From an uncultured Gammaproteobacteria bacterium (GTDB lineage Bacteria > Patescibacteriota > Patescibacteriia > UBA9934), in the NCBI GenBank assembly GCA_964613815.1, contig CAZTKG010000003.1:1-52902 (forward strand): DNA of 52,902 nucleotides, given 5' to 3'. Positions 35,756-44,243 of the stretch are shown here, in pieces. The position numbers and the translations under genes were made by a program. The notes beneath the pieces were generated by a model, which saw only the letters and a list, made by a program, of their open reading frames with translations, was not told the DNA's origin and did no database searches. Every line of letters starts with the position of its first letter. Position 1 is the first letter of the stretch.

Positions 35756-36643
35756 TCAAGGGATTGCGCTGGGACCGTCGCAGCTTGTGCGGAGGATTCC
35801 GGTCTTGAGAGCGATGGCACCGGCGCTGATGCCGGCGCGTTGCCACCAGTCGGTTGCGCCTTCGAGATAGCTCTCTTGGCACAGGAAGTGATCCCAAGGC
35901 AAGATGACCTCTTGCTCCGTCATGTTGTCCCAGTATCGGTCCGACATGCAGCCCTGTGAGTTGGGGTACTGCTGAACGTAGCGCTCGGCGACCTTGGCTG
36001 CTCCGCGCTGCGCCATTTCGACCTGGCCGAGCTCCATCAGTTCGGTGTAGCCAGTGAGATGGAGGTCGTCTTCGATGCGATAGCCACAGCCCTCGCAGTA
36101 GCCGATGGATCCGTCCATGGCGATCTTGGCCGCATGGGTGCGCCAGGTCTCGATGTCCTCGGTCATGCCGAGTTCAGCAGCGAGCGCGGCCATGCGCATA
36201 GAGATGCCGCCGCGGATGGAATCGTCGTACGGATCCCGATTGTGTGGCATGAAGCATGGATCGTAGGCGCCCGTGCTGTAGTCGGCGAAGTTGCCGAAGT
36301 CGAGCATCGCGCGCGGAGGCGAGACGTCGAACTCTGGTCCATCTGGGTGACCGACACGAACGCGCATACGCTCGATGGCCCAGTCGTAGTAGTCGACAGC
36401 GTCGCTGCGCCACTCGTCCGAATCGTGCCTCACGAGCGCGATGAAGAGCTCAGGGTTGAGATCGATGAGGCTCTCGGTCTGGTGCTTCGCGACAGCGTCC
36501 CTGATCGTCTGCGGGCTTGGGCCCAGGAGCGCGGTGATGCCAGCGATACTGGCGTTGCGGGAGACTTCGTCGTCCCAGTTGACCTGCTGACATTCGCCTT
36601 GCGCGGCGATTGCGGCTGCGGTGATGAAGGAAAGTACGAGCAT
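35756..36643 (-). CDS. secreted Cys-containing hypothetical protein, paralog B
   Basis: Signal peptide (MLVLSFITAAAIAAQG); motifs shared with paralog A. Confidence 0.78.
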   Translation of the reverse strand: MLVLSFITAAAIAAQGECQQVNWDDEVSRNASIAGITALLGPSPQTIRDAVAKHQTESLIDLNPELFIALVRHDSDEWRSDAVDYYDWAIERMRVRVGHPDGPEFDVSPPRAMLDFGNFADYSTGAYDPCFMPHNRDPYDDSIRGGISMRMAALAAELGMTEDIETWRTHAAKIAMDGSIGYCEGCGYRIEDDLHLTGYTELMELGQVEMAQRGAAKVAERYVQQYPNSQGCMSDRYWDNMTEQEVILPWDHFLCQESYLEGATDWWQRAGISAGAIALKTGILRTSCDGPSAIP

Positions 36644-36846
36644 GGCTTCTCCGGTGGCAGCTTGCCTGTTGGATTTTGCGTATCAAAACTACCACAAAAT
36701 TGGCATTTTGTCAATGATTTAAACAAAAAACCGCCCGATGAGTCCTGACTCTCTCACTCCCCCAAAGCACATGAATTGTCACTCGTTTTGGAGAAGTTTC
36801 AATCAAAAAAACCGCCAAGCGAAATGCGAGGCAGTTTTTTTTGTTA

Positions 36847-37758
36847 TCACTTAATCATCAGCATTGCCTGACTTCTAAACTCTTCGTGCCCTGCCCTCAT
36901 CTTTTTCTCCAGCTCCTCATCTCCCTCTGCCCAAACTCCTACTCTATGCATGGGCTTTAGCGCCAAGTAAAGGTCCCAAAAAGGGAGGTTCGTGTAATTA
37001 AGATGTGGCATTTCTTTTTTGTATGCCTCGGTAAACATGTCCATCGCCTCTCTGCTAATGTACATAATCATTTCCATTCGTACGTTTGCGAGATCGTGTA
37101 ATGGGTCGCCTATTGCGGCGTCTTCCCAATCTATGACCGCGATGAGTTCACCATCTTTCCACATGGTGTTGTTTGGCCAGTAATCGCCATGCAGGAATGC
37201 GTTGGCGTTTTTTTGATTGATTGGCCAGAGCTTTGCGATTGCAGCTCGGACCCTTAACTCCTCTAGAGACTCGTCGGGATTTTCTGATACGGTACTGATC
37301 TTTTCTTCGCAATGTAGGATTTGTAATGGAAGGAAATCCACATTTAGTTCATTGAGGTTCAGTCTATGGATATCTGCTAGAACCTTGGCAAACCGTGGAA
37401 TTGCGTGATCCAGACTCATATTTCCAAAACCTGCGCTACCTTCTATGAAATCCATCACCATGCATGGTTCTGCGGTGAATTCTGCCTTTGGGTCTACGAA
37501 TACTGGATTTGGGACTGGAATGTGATGATCTGCGAGAGCTGCAAGGAGTTGATGCTCCTCGTTGGCGACGTTTGGGGAAAAGGATCTTTGGCGCTCGCCG
37601 TATTCTCTCACGACGAGCCTGAAGAGGTCTCCGCCGTGATTGATGGAGAGCGCCGTAGTTGTGGCTGCGATTCCGCCGGTGAGCTCTTCGGAAGATACGA
37701 GTTTATAGGCGGGATTTATTGCTCTTAAGAGTGATTGGAACTGGTCGCTTGTAGACAT
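36847..37758 (-). CDS. aminoglycoside phosphotransferase (APH)/choline kinase family protein
   Basis: Brenner motif HGDYWPNN and IDWED; VPNPV, MDFIEG. Confidence 0.88.
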   Translation of the reverse strand: MSTSDQFQSLLRAINPAYKLVSSEELTGGIAATTTALSINHGGDLFRLVVREYGERQRSFSPNVANEEHQLLAALADHHIPVPNPVFVDPKAEFTAEPCMVMDFIEGSAGFGNMSLDHAIPRFAKVLADIHRLNLNELNVDFLPLQILHCEEKISTVSENPDESLEELRVRAAIAKLWPINQKNANAFLHGDYWPNNTMWKDGELIAVIDWEDAAIGDPLHDLANVRMEMIMYISREAMDMFTEAYKKEMPHLNYTNLPFWDLYLALKPMHRVGVWAEGDEELEKKMRAGHEEFRSQAMLMIK

Positions 37759-37878
37759 GGGAGCATATTAGCACGACTTTTTGATCGCGCTAGGCTCAAT
37801 AGCTTGACGGAAGGCACTTTTCTTGTTTAAATCAGCAGTCTTGCATATGCTTTTTATGCAGACTGACATGGAGTCACA

Positions 37879-39153
37879 ATGATCTTTGCACTACTTCTTC
37901 CCTCCCTCCTTTTCACCCCTGCCTATGCGCTCGACTGCCAGGATCGGCAGCAGCGCGTGATCGGGCACCTGTACCACCTGCAGGAGACGGTCCGTGGTCA
38001 CAATACACGCAAAGGGCTCTGCCCGCGGCTCGGCGACATCCTCCGCATGTCTTCGGAAGACATTCGCGGTCGTGAGATCGATGGTATCCACGTTCAGGTC
38101 GTGCCCGTGCAAGATCCGAACGGCCGTTCGTGGGACACGCTGTATCAGATCGCCTGGGCCGAAGAGCGCGGGCCGGCCTGTGAATCGGTCGTGATCGATG
38201 GCGTTGCCGATGGCCTGCCGGTTTGGCGGTGCCTGACGAACGATCAGATGATGCGCGGCTGGGGCCATGAGCTCGGTCCGGTGTTCGACGAGATCTACGC
38301 CGACTACGTCGTGTACGATGGCTACTTGGTCTACGACGGCTTCATGGGGACGCTCACGGACTACGACCAGAACACATTCACGGTCCTGGATGGCGAGCTC
38401 ATCGGTCCATTCGACTTCGCTTCCCAGCCCCGTATCGTGAACGAGCAGCTTCTTCTGATGCCGAAGAGTGCCGAAGGGCACCTGATGTCCTACGGTGACG
38501 TGGTTCAGGGGCCGTTCGATCGCATGCCTCGTCTGACTGGGTTCAATGAAGACCTCGGTGCGTTCCTGTACATCGGCGAGAAGTCTGGCGACGATGAGCG
38601 CGTGTATGTGGACAACGAGCCGCATGTTGACTGCAGCCGCGTGCCGTACTACGAGGTCAAGGATGGCGTTCTTCGGTACCCGTGCCAGGTCAACAGCATC
38701 GTCTATGAGGACGGAGAGGCTCGGACTCGGTACCAGTTCCGGCTGATCGAAGGCGATACGGTCGGCCCCCTCACCGACTCGCGGAACCCCGGCTGGGACC
38801 AGCCTGGATGGGTTCAGCACTACACCGTGAACGGACACGTGCTCTATGCTGCCGAGATCGATGGCAAGGCGCATGTGATCTGGGGCAGCTGGATCAGCGA
38901 GCCGAGTGATCGCGTGGTTGGGAATCGGGTGATCGGCGATGAGGTGCTGTCGACAGCGCTTGTGGGCGACAAGGTGTTTCTCCGTCTCGGTGATGGTCAG
39001 GTGAGTAAGCCCGTGCGCGTTACCGATCGCATCTGGGCCTTCTCGATCCTGTTCGATATCGATGAGGAGAACGGCGTGGTGAACTACACCGGCCGACGTG
39101 GTCCGTGGGGCATCTTCCCGGTTCGTGGAGCGCTCGAGATCGCGAGCGAGTAG
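37879..39153 (+). CDS. secreted beta-repeat hypothetical protein
   Basis: Signal peptide ending AYA-LD; repeated V-x-D-G...(GP)FD beta-hairpin units. Confidence 0.75.
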   Translation: MIFALLLPSLLFTPAYALDCQDRQQRVIGHLYHLQETVRGHNTRKGLCPRLGDILRMSSEDIRGREIDGIHVQVVPVQDPNGRSWDTLYQIAWAEERGPACESVVIDGVADGLPVWRCLTNDQMMRGWGHELGPVFDEIYADYVVYDGYLVYDGFMGTLTDYDQNTFTVLDGELIGPFDFASQPRIVNEQLLLMPKSAEGHLMSYGDVVQGPFDRMPRLTGFNEDLGAFLYIGEKSGDDERVYVDNEPHVDCSRVPYYEVKDGVLRYPCQVNSIVYEDGEARTRYQFRLIEGDTVGPLTDSRNPGWDQPGWVQHYTVNGHVLYAAEIDGKAHVIWGSWISEPSDRVVGNRVIGDEVLSTALVGDKVFLRLGDGQVSKPVRVTDRIWAFSILFDIDEENGVVNYTGRRGPWGIFPVRGALEIASE

Positions 39154-39246
39154 CAGATGATCTGTTCTAGCGATAATCGCTAGGACTTTTTTGTTTTCAC
39201 CTTCACCTAATCCAAAAGCCCACCTTTCTTTCAAAAGATGGGCTTC

Positions 39247-39323
39247 TGGAGCCGTTGCGCGGATTCGAACCGCGGACCTCGTCCTTACCATGGACGCGCT
39301 CTAACCAACTGAGCTACAACGGC
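39247..39323 (-). tRNA. trnT: tRNA-Thr (GGT)
   Basis: GCCGTTGTAGCTCAGTTGGTTAGAGCGCGTCCATGGTAAGGACGAGGTCCGCGGTTCGAATCCGCGCAACGGCTCCA. Confidence 0.96.
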
Positions 39324-39333
39324 CTTTGGGCTT

Positions 39334-39439
39334 GCTAGAATGCCCTGAGATTGTGTTTTTTCTCCGGTCCTCGACACCGACCATTTTAGGTCGCCTTACT
39401 CTGGTCCTCGAAAGAAACCCAATCTCAGGGCATTCTAGC
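39334..39439. repeat. hairpin element, long copy (20-bp inverted arms)
   Basis: GCTAGAATGCCCTGAGATTG ... CAATCTCAGGGCATTCTAGC; the interior aligns with 24555..24653 in reverse orientation. Confidence 0.85.
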
Positions 39440-39583
39440 GTCGCCCAAAGTTGCTAAGTTGTCCGTGCTAGGTCTTAATCTTTTCTGAGCCGCTGTCCAC
39501 CCCCCCCCTTTTTTTTCTTACAGGACTGCGCTTTTCCGGATTTCAGTAGTCGAATATTAGCAAACTTACTCAATCTTGCAAGT

Positions 39584-40036
39584 TTATTTTTTGGGGAAGT
39601 ATTTGTAGGCGGCCCAGCTGATGATGATGGATGTCCAATAAATTGTATGTTCTAGGAGCTCGAAGCGGTCGCCGAAGATTTGGTCTCCTATGGAGAAGAA
39701 GCTGAATACGGTTAGGCCGACCAGGCAGGTGTAGAAAAAATAGGTCTCGGCTTCTTTCTTTTTTTGGAATACGAGTGAGAATACGGCTAGCGCAGCGAAG
39801 ATGAGAGCAAGGATTTCTAGGCCTGTGATGATCGAGAGTGATGTGTAGGCATATGCTGAAGCCTCAAGGCCGATGCTCGAGAAATAGTCTGCGAATTGCG
39901 CGAGACGGTCTTTGCCTGCGAAGAGGAATGTTTCTTGGCCGATGAGTTTGTCGGCGACGTTGAGGAGCCAGAATAGGAACCAGTATGCGGCAATACCGAA
40001 GGTGATGATTCCTTCTCGAACATGTGTTTTTGGCAT
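39584..40036 (-). CDS. membrane protein
   Basis: 150 aa with about 4 TM segments. Confidence 0.72.
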   Translation of the reverse strand: MPKTHVREGIITFGIAAYWFLFWLLNVADKLIGQETFLFAGKDRLAQFADYFSSIGLEASAYAYTSLSIITGLEILALIFAALAVFSLVFQKKKEAETYFFYTCLVGLTVFSFFSIGDQIFGDRFELLEHTIYWTSIIISWAAYKYFPKK

Positions 40037-40083
40037 ATGGCGACATTATACCACTCATAAAAAATCCCCCGTGAGAGGGGACT

Positions 40084-41088
40084 CTACATCTGCATGATCT
40101 CTTCGATGCGATCGAGGAAGAGTTCGCCGGCAGGCTTACCACCCTCGACGAGCGGCATGCGACGGATGTGGTGGCAGAAGATCGCGAAGACGATGCGGTA
40201 TGGGACCGAGATTCCTTGGCGCACGACTACACGGTGCGTGACCATATGAATTCGATCATCTACCGCGTCGATACCCGCGAGCTGCTCAGCCTTGTTGAAA
40301 AGGATCGTGTCCCTCTCTTTCAGAAGCTGATGCCATACGCCGTCGATGAGCGCCTCGAAACCGGTCGCATTCAAGGACGCGATCATGGTCGTGAGGTTGA
40401 TGTCGTCGTGCTCAGCTGCGAGAACCGTGCCAAATGGCAGGTCACGGGTTCTGTAACAGAGCGTGCGGACGATGTCGTCTGCGCGGATCGTGCGCTTGAT
40501 GAGCTCGCCGGGCGTGAGGTCGAGGACGATCTCGACGGCGCGGAGCATGATGCGGTTGGTGCGCTGGCCGAACCTGAGCGCTCTGCGAACCAGGCAACCG
40601 AATCTGGATGAGTACGTGACGGGATCGATGTCGATGTCGTCGTACTTACCGTCCTCTGCATCTGGGTTCTCGATGCCGTCTCGTGCACGGCTGTTTCCAG
40701 TCTGCCAGAAGGCCTTGTGCGCATCTGGCCCATCCATCCCCTCGGCCTTCTCCACGCCGTAGGGGCCGAATCCGCGTTGGCGGAATCGGTCTCCGTGACC
40801 GAACTCGCGCTCCAGAGCAGCGTGATCACCATTGAACAGCTGTCGAGCGGCGATATCCATCTCTGGGACGATCTCGTTGATGCCGGTTCCGCGAATTTGG
40901 AAGATATCGCGCTTGTCGGCGATGACTCTGCGCACGACCGCGACAATGTCGTCATCTGGCACGAACGCGATCCAGTCGTCGAGATCTTCCCCGATCTCGA
41001 GACCGCTGTAGCGTGTGAGGTCGACGATCTCTGGAACGAATACACGCTCCACTGGGGGAGCGAGGGTTGTGATGCTTTCTTCAGGCAT
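40084..41088 (-). CDS. 2-oxoglutarate/Fe(II) oxygenase, isopenicillin N synthase-like
   Basis: AAEHDDINLTT (HxD), FNKAEQL, THRVV (distal His), followed by R in YRIVFAIF. Confidence 0.75.
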   Translation of the reverse strand: MPEESITTLAPPVERVFVPEIVDLTRYSGLEIGEDLDDWIAFVPDDDIVAVVRRVIADKRDIFQIRGTGINEIVPEMDIAARQLFNGDHAALEREFGHGDRFRQRGFGPYGVEKAEGMDGPDAHKAFWQTGNSRARDGIENPDAEDGKYDDIDIDPVTYSSRFGCLVRRALRFGQRTNRIMLRAVEIVLDLTPGELIKRTIRADDIVRTLCYRTRDLPFGTVLAAEHDDINLTTMIASLNATGFEALIDGVWHQLLKERDTILFNKAEQLAGIDAVDDRIHMVTHRVVVRQGISVPYRIVFAIFCHHIRRMPLVEGGKPAGELFLDRIEEIMQM

Positions 41089-41205
41089 TTCAGCCTCCGG
41101 GTGGGAAAGAACGCTTTTAGTTTACCGCTCGACCCTTCCCTGCTCCACCCTCCCTGTTGACAAAATCGGGCTGATTTACTAATATTCGTTCACAAACCAA
41201 CACTT

Positions 41206-41361
41206 ATGAGTCAAGACGCGATGATTAAGCTTGAATGCACGCAGTGTAAGCAAGCAAACTACCGCTCAAAGAAAAATAAGCGCAAGCTAAAAGAGCGAAT
41301 TGAGTTGAAAAAGCATTGTAAACGCTGCGGCGGACATACGATGCATAAAGAATCAAAATAA
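41206..41361 (+). CDS. rpmG: 50S ribosomal protein L33
   Basis: My translation: MSQDAMIKLECTQCKQANYRSKKNKRKLKERIELKKHCKRCGGHTMHKESK; two CxxC pairs; below the ORF track length cut-off. Confidence 0.95.
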   Translation: MSQDAMIKLECTQCKQANYRSKKNKRKLKERIELKKHCKRCGGHTMHKESK

Positions 41362-41386
41362 GCCCATTCGAGGCTTATTTTGTTAT

Positions 41387-42184
41387 CTAGCTCTTTTTGA
41401 TCATGCTTCTGAGCTCGTGGATTCGCTCTTGGAATTTTTCGATCTTTTTGTTTGATTTGTTGACCTTTGTGAGTCTGTCGAGGAACTCTTGCGCTTTGTA
41501 GGCATCTCCGCATTTGATAGCTGCGTCGGTAATCATATCTAGATACTTTGGATTTTTTGGTCGGAGCTCGATCGCTTTTTCGAAGTATCCTAGGGACTCC
41601 TGTTTTTTTCCAAGCTCCATCTCAACTTCCCCTAGAGACGCGAGGACACTTGCGTCTTTTGGCGAAAGCTTATGAAGGAAGAGGAACGTTTCTAGTGCTG
41701 TTTTGAATTCCTTTTGTTTTTGGTAGAGGCGACCAAGGGCTTCGTAAGCCTTTTTGTGTTTTGGGTTGTTTGTGATGACCTCGATAAACATCTTTTCCGC
41801 TTTCCCGAGATCACCTTTACTGACAAGCGCCTTGGCGTCTGAGACGATTCGGTCTAGGACTGCAGCGCTCTTTTTTGTCTTGTCTGCTGCCTTTGATTTT
41901 TCTTGGTAGGCGCGCTCTACGGCGGTCAGCTTTCCTGCAAATCTACGGAAGGCGTTTTGGATGGCGCCGCCGACGGGATTAATAACGGTTTTTGTTACCA
42001 CTTCTGCATGACGCTTTTGCGCACGCTCGATTCTTCCGCGAATAATGTCGGTCTTGAGCTTTCGCTCGCTACTCTTTTGCTGTGTGCTGTCGAGAATGCG
42101 GAGTTGTGGAAGTTTTCTGATGATGATCGCGAGCAACATCAACACCCCTACAGCGAGTGTGATAATGAGGACCGTTGTGGTCAT
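41387..42184 (-). CDS. membrane-anchored tetratricopeptide repeat protein
   Basis: N-terminal TM; TPR-like units (KAEKMFIEVITNNPKHKKAYEALGRLY; PKDASVLASLGEV; AIELRPKNPKY). Confidence 0.85.
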   Translation of the reverse strand: MTTTVLIITLAVGVLMLLAIIIRKLPQLRILDSTQQKSSERKLKTDIIRGRIERAQKRHAEVVTKTVINPVGGAIQNAFRRFAGKLTAVERAYQEKSKAADKTKKSAAVLDRIVSDAKALVSKGDLGKAEKMFIEVITNNPKHKKAYEALGRLYQKQKEFKTALETFLFLHKLSPKDASVLASLGEVEMELGKKQESLGYFEKAIELRPKNPKYLDMITDAAIKCGDAYKAQEFLDRLTKVNKSNKKIEKFQERIHELRSMIKKS

Positions 42185-42951
42185 ATGCGCTGAGCTTCGA
42201 CAACATCTCTGGCGGCGTCGAGGATTTCTCCGAACTTCTGGAGCTTGAGACTTGCGCCTCCGACGAGCACACCATCCACCTCCCCTTCTCGCAAGAGTCT
42301 GTAAGCGTTTTCTGGCTTTACGGAGCCTCCGTAAAGAATCTTTGTATCGACCCCTGGCAGAATCTGGTCGAGCATGACGCGGATCTGCATGTGCATCTCT
42401 ACAACCTCCCCCACCTCTGGTGTCTTACCGGTGCCAATTGCCCAGACAGGCTCGTAGGCAACGAAGATTTGTCTTCGTGCTGGAATCTTGATGCGCGTGA
42501 ATGCGCCTGCGAGCTGGTTTTTGATTATCTCCGCGGCCTGACCAGCCTCTTTTTGGTCCTCTGTCTCACCAACGCAAAGAATTGGGACGATTTTTGACTC
42601 ACTTAACACTGCTTGCATGCGATCTCTTATAACTTCTTCTGTTTCACCAAAGACATTTCGCCTTTCCGAGTGACCGATGATCGCATGTGTCACGCCGACA
42701 TCTTCTAGCATCACTGGAGACACCTCCCCCGTGAACGCACCAGATCTTGCTGGACCGCAATTTTGCGCGCCGAGGTTTACGCGACTTCTTGCGACCACTT
42801 TATGGACCTCGCCAAGTGCCGTGAATGAAGGGCAGATAATGACTTCTGGGAGGTGTTCGTGACCCCGTAGCTTATGCAAAACTCCCCGCGCGAGCGCGAC
42901 GCTTTCGCGGATTCCGAGATGCATTTTCCAGTTTGCAACGATAGTTTTCAT
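42181..42951 (-). CDS. tpiA: triosephosphate isomerase
   Basis: ANWKM, GAFTGEVS, IIGHSERR, AYEPVWAIGTG, LYGGSV, LVGGASL. Confidence 0.97.
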   Translation of the reverse strand: MKTIVANWKMHLGIRESVALARGVLHKLRGHEHLPEVIICPSFTALGEVHKVVARSRVNLGAQNCGPARSGAFTGEVSPVMLEDVGVTHAIIGHSERRNVFGETEEVIRDRMQAVLSESKIVPILCVGETEDQKEAGQAAEIIKNQLAGAFTRIKIPARRQIFVAYEPVWAIGTGKTPEVGEVVEMHMQIRVMLDQILPGVDTKILYGGSVKPENAYRLLREGEVDGVLVGGASLKLQKFGEILDAARDVVEAQRI

Positions 42952-42966
42952 AGGGAAATGTTGATT

Positions 42967-44241
42967 TTAGCCTATCATGCCGGTTGCCTCGCGTACAGAT
43001 TCTTCTGACTTGTATGGCCCGATCGCTGCGATGGACATTTGCTCTGACTTGATGATGGTTTCTGCAACGCGCTTAATGTCGTCGATCGTGACGTTATTGT
43101 AGCGATCTAGCCACTCTTCTACTGACAAGACCTTGCCCACGAAGAGCTCTTGGCGGCCGAAAAATTCTGCTCGACTTGAGGAATCTTCCATACTGAGACT
43201 GAGAGAGCCCTTGAAGTTGTCTTTTGCGGCTTGAAGCTCCTCTAGCGTAGCGCCCTCTGTCTTGATCTTTTCTAGCTCATCCATAATGACCTTTGACGCC
43301 TCCTTGAGTCTACTCGCGTCCAGGCCTGCGCGGATAACGAATGAGCCGATGTCCTGATACGCATCAGCACCTGCTCGAATAGAATAACAGAGACCTCGAC
43401 GCTCGCGGACCTCGATGAACAGGCGGGAGCTCATGGCGCCTCCGAGGATGTGTGCAAGGAGTTTAATTGCTGGGAGGTCGTCATGCGTGCGGCCTACGGA
43501 CGGGAAACCGAAAGCGACTTGCGCTTGATCTAGGTCTTTTGTCTGGAATTTGATGTTTCCCTTGTAGCCCTCTGGAAGTTTGAACTCGACTGGCTTGTTT
43601 GGTGATTCTGATGAGGCAACTGTGCCAAATGTTGACTCGAGAAGTTCTTCTGCGTTTTCTGGGACGTTTCCGGCCATGACGATGACGATTTCTGATGGCT
43701 TGTAATGCCTGTCCCTGTAGGTGATGACGTCTTCTCTTTTCATACCTGTCATGGACGTTGCGGTTCCGGCGATTTCTCTACCGAGTTCGTGGCCGGCGTA
43801 CATTGCTTGCTCGAGGAGATCGCCGATGTGCATGATTGGGTTTTCCTCGTACATTTTAATCTCTTCGATGATCACCTTCTTCTCACGCTCCATTTCCTCT
43901 GGGTCGTATTTGGAGTGGAAGATCATGTCGTTTAGAAGGTCTACGGCAAGCTCCGCTTTATCTGCAGCCATCTTGATGTAGTATCCGGTAACTTCTTTTC
44001 CTGTGTATGCGTTGTAATGCGCGCCAAAGCGATCAACTTCTTTTGAGATATCGATCGATTGCGGGCGACGCTCGGTACCTTTGAACATCATGTGCTCAAT
44101 AAAGTGGGACCCTCCCCAGACGGGAAGGTCTTCGTTTCTAGAACCGACGTTTATGAGAACGAGCGTTGTAACAGCTTCGGTGCCGTCAAAAGGGACGAGA
44201 TGGACGCGCATCCCGTTTTTTAGTGTTTTTGGTTGTGGCAT
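42967..44241 (-). CDS. M16 (pitrilysin/insulinase) family zinc peptidase
   Basis: Inverted zinc motif HFIEH, NAYT, GGAMSSRLFIEVRERRGLCY. Confidence 0.93.
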   Translation of the reverse strand: MPQPKTLKNGMRVHLVPFDGTEAVTTLVLINVGSRNEDLPVWGGSHFIEHMMFKGTERRPQSIDISKEVDRFGAHYNAYTGKEVTGYYIKMAADKAELAVDLLNDMIFHSKYDPEEMEREKKVIIEEIKMYEENPIMHIGDLLEQAMYAGHELGREIAGTATSMTGMKREDVITYRDRHYKPSEIVIVMAGNVPENAEELLESTFGTVASSESPNKPVEFKLPEGYKGNIKFQTKDLDQAQVAFGFPSVGRTHDDLPAIKLLAHILGGAMSSRLFIEVRERRGLCYSIRAGADAYQDIGSFVIRAGLDASRLKEASKVIMDELEKIKTEGATLEELQAAKDNFKGSLSLSMEDSSSRAEFFGRQELFVGKVLSVEEWLDRYNNVTIDDIKRVAETIIKSEQMSIAAIGPYKSEESVREATGMIG

Positions 44242-44243
44242 AA

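Noticed and set aside
37891-39291. 466-aa minus-strand ORF
   Set aside because: Antisense to the signal-peptide ORF 37879..39153, and its start overlaps tRNA-Thr.
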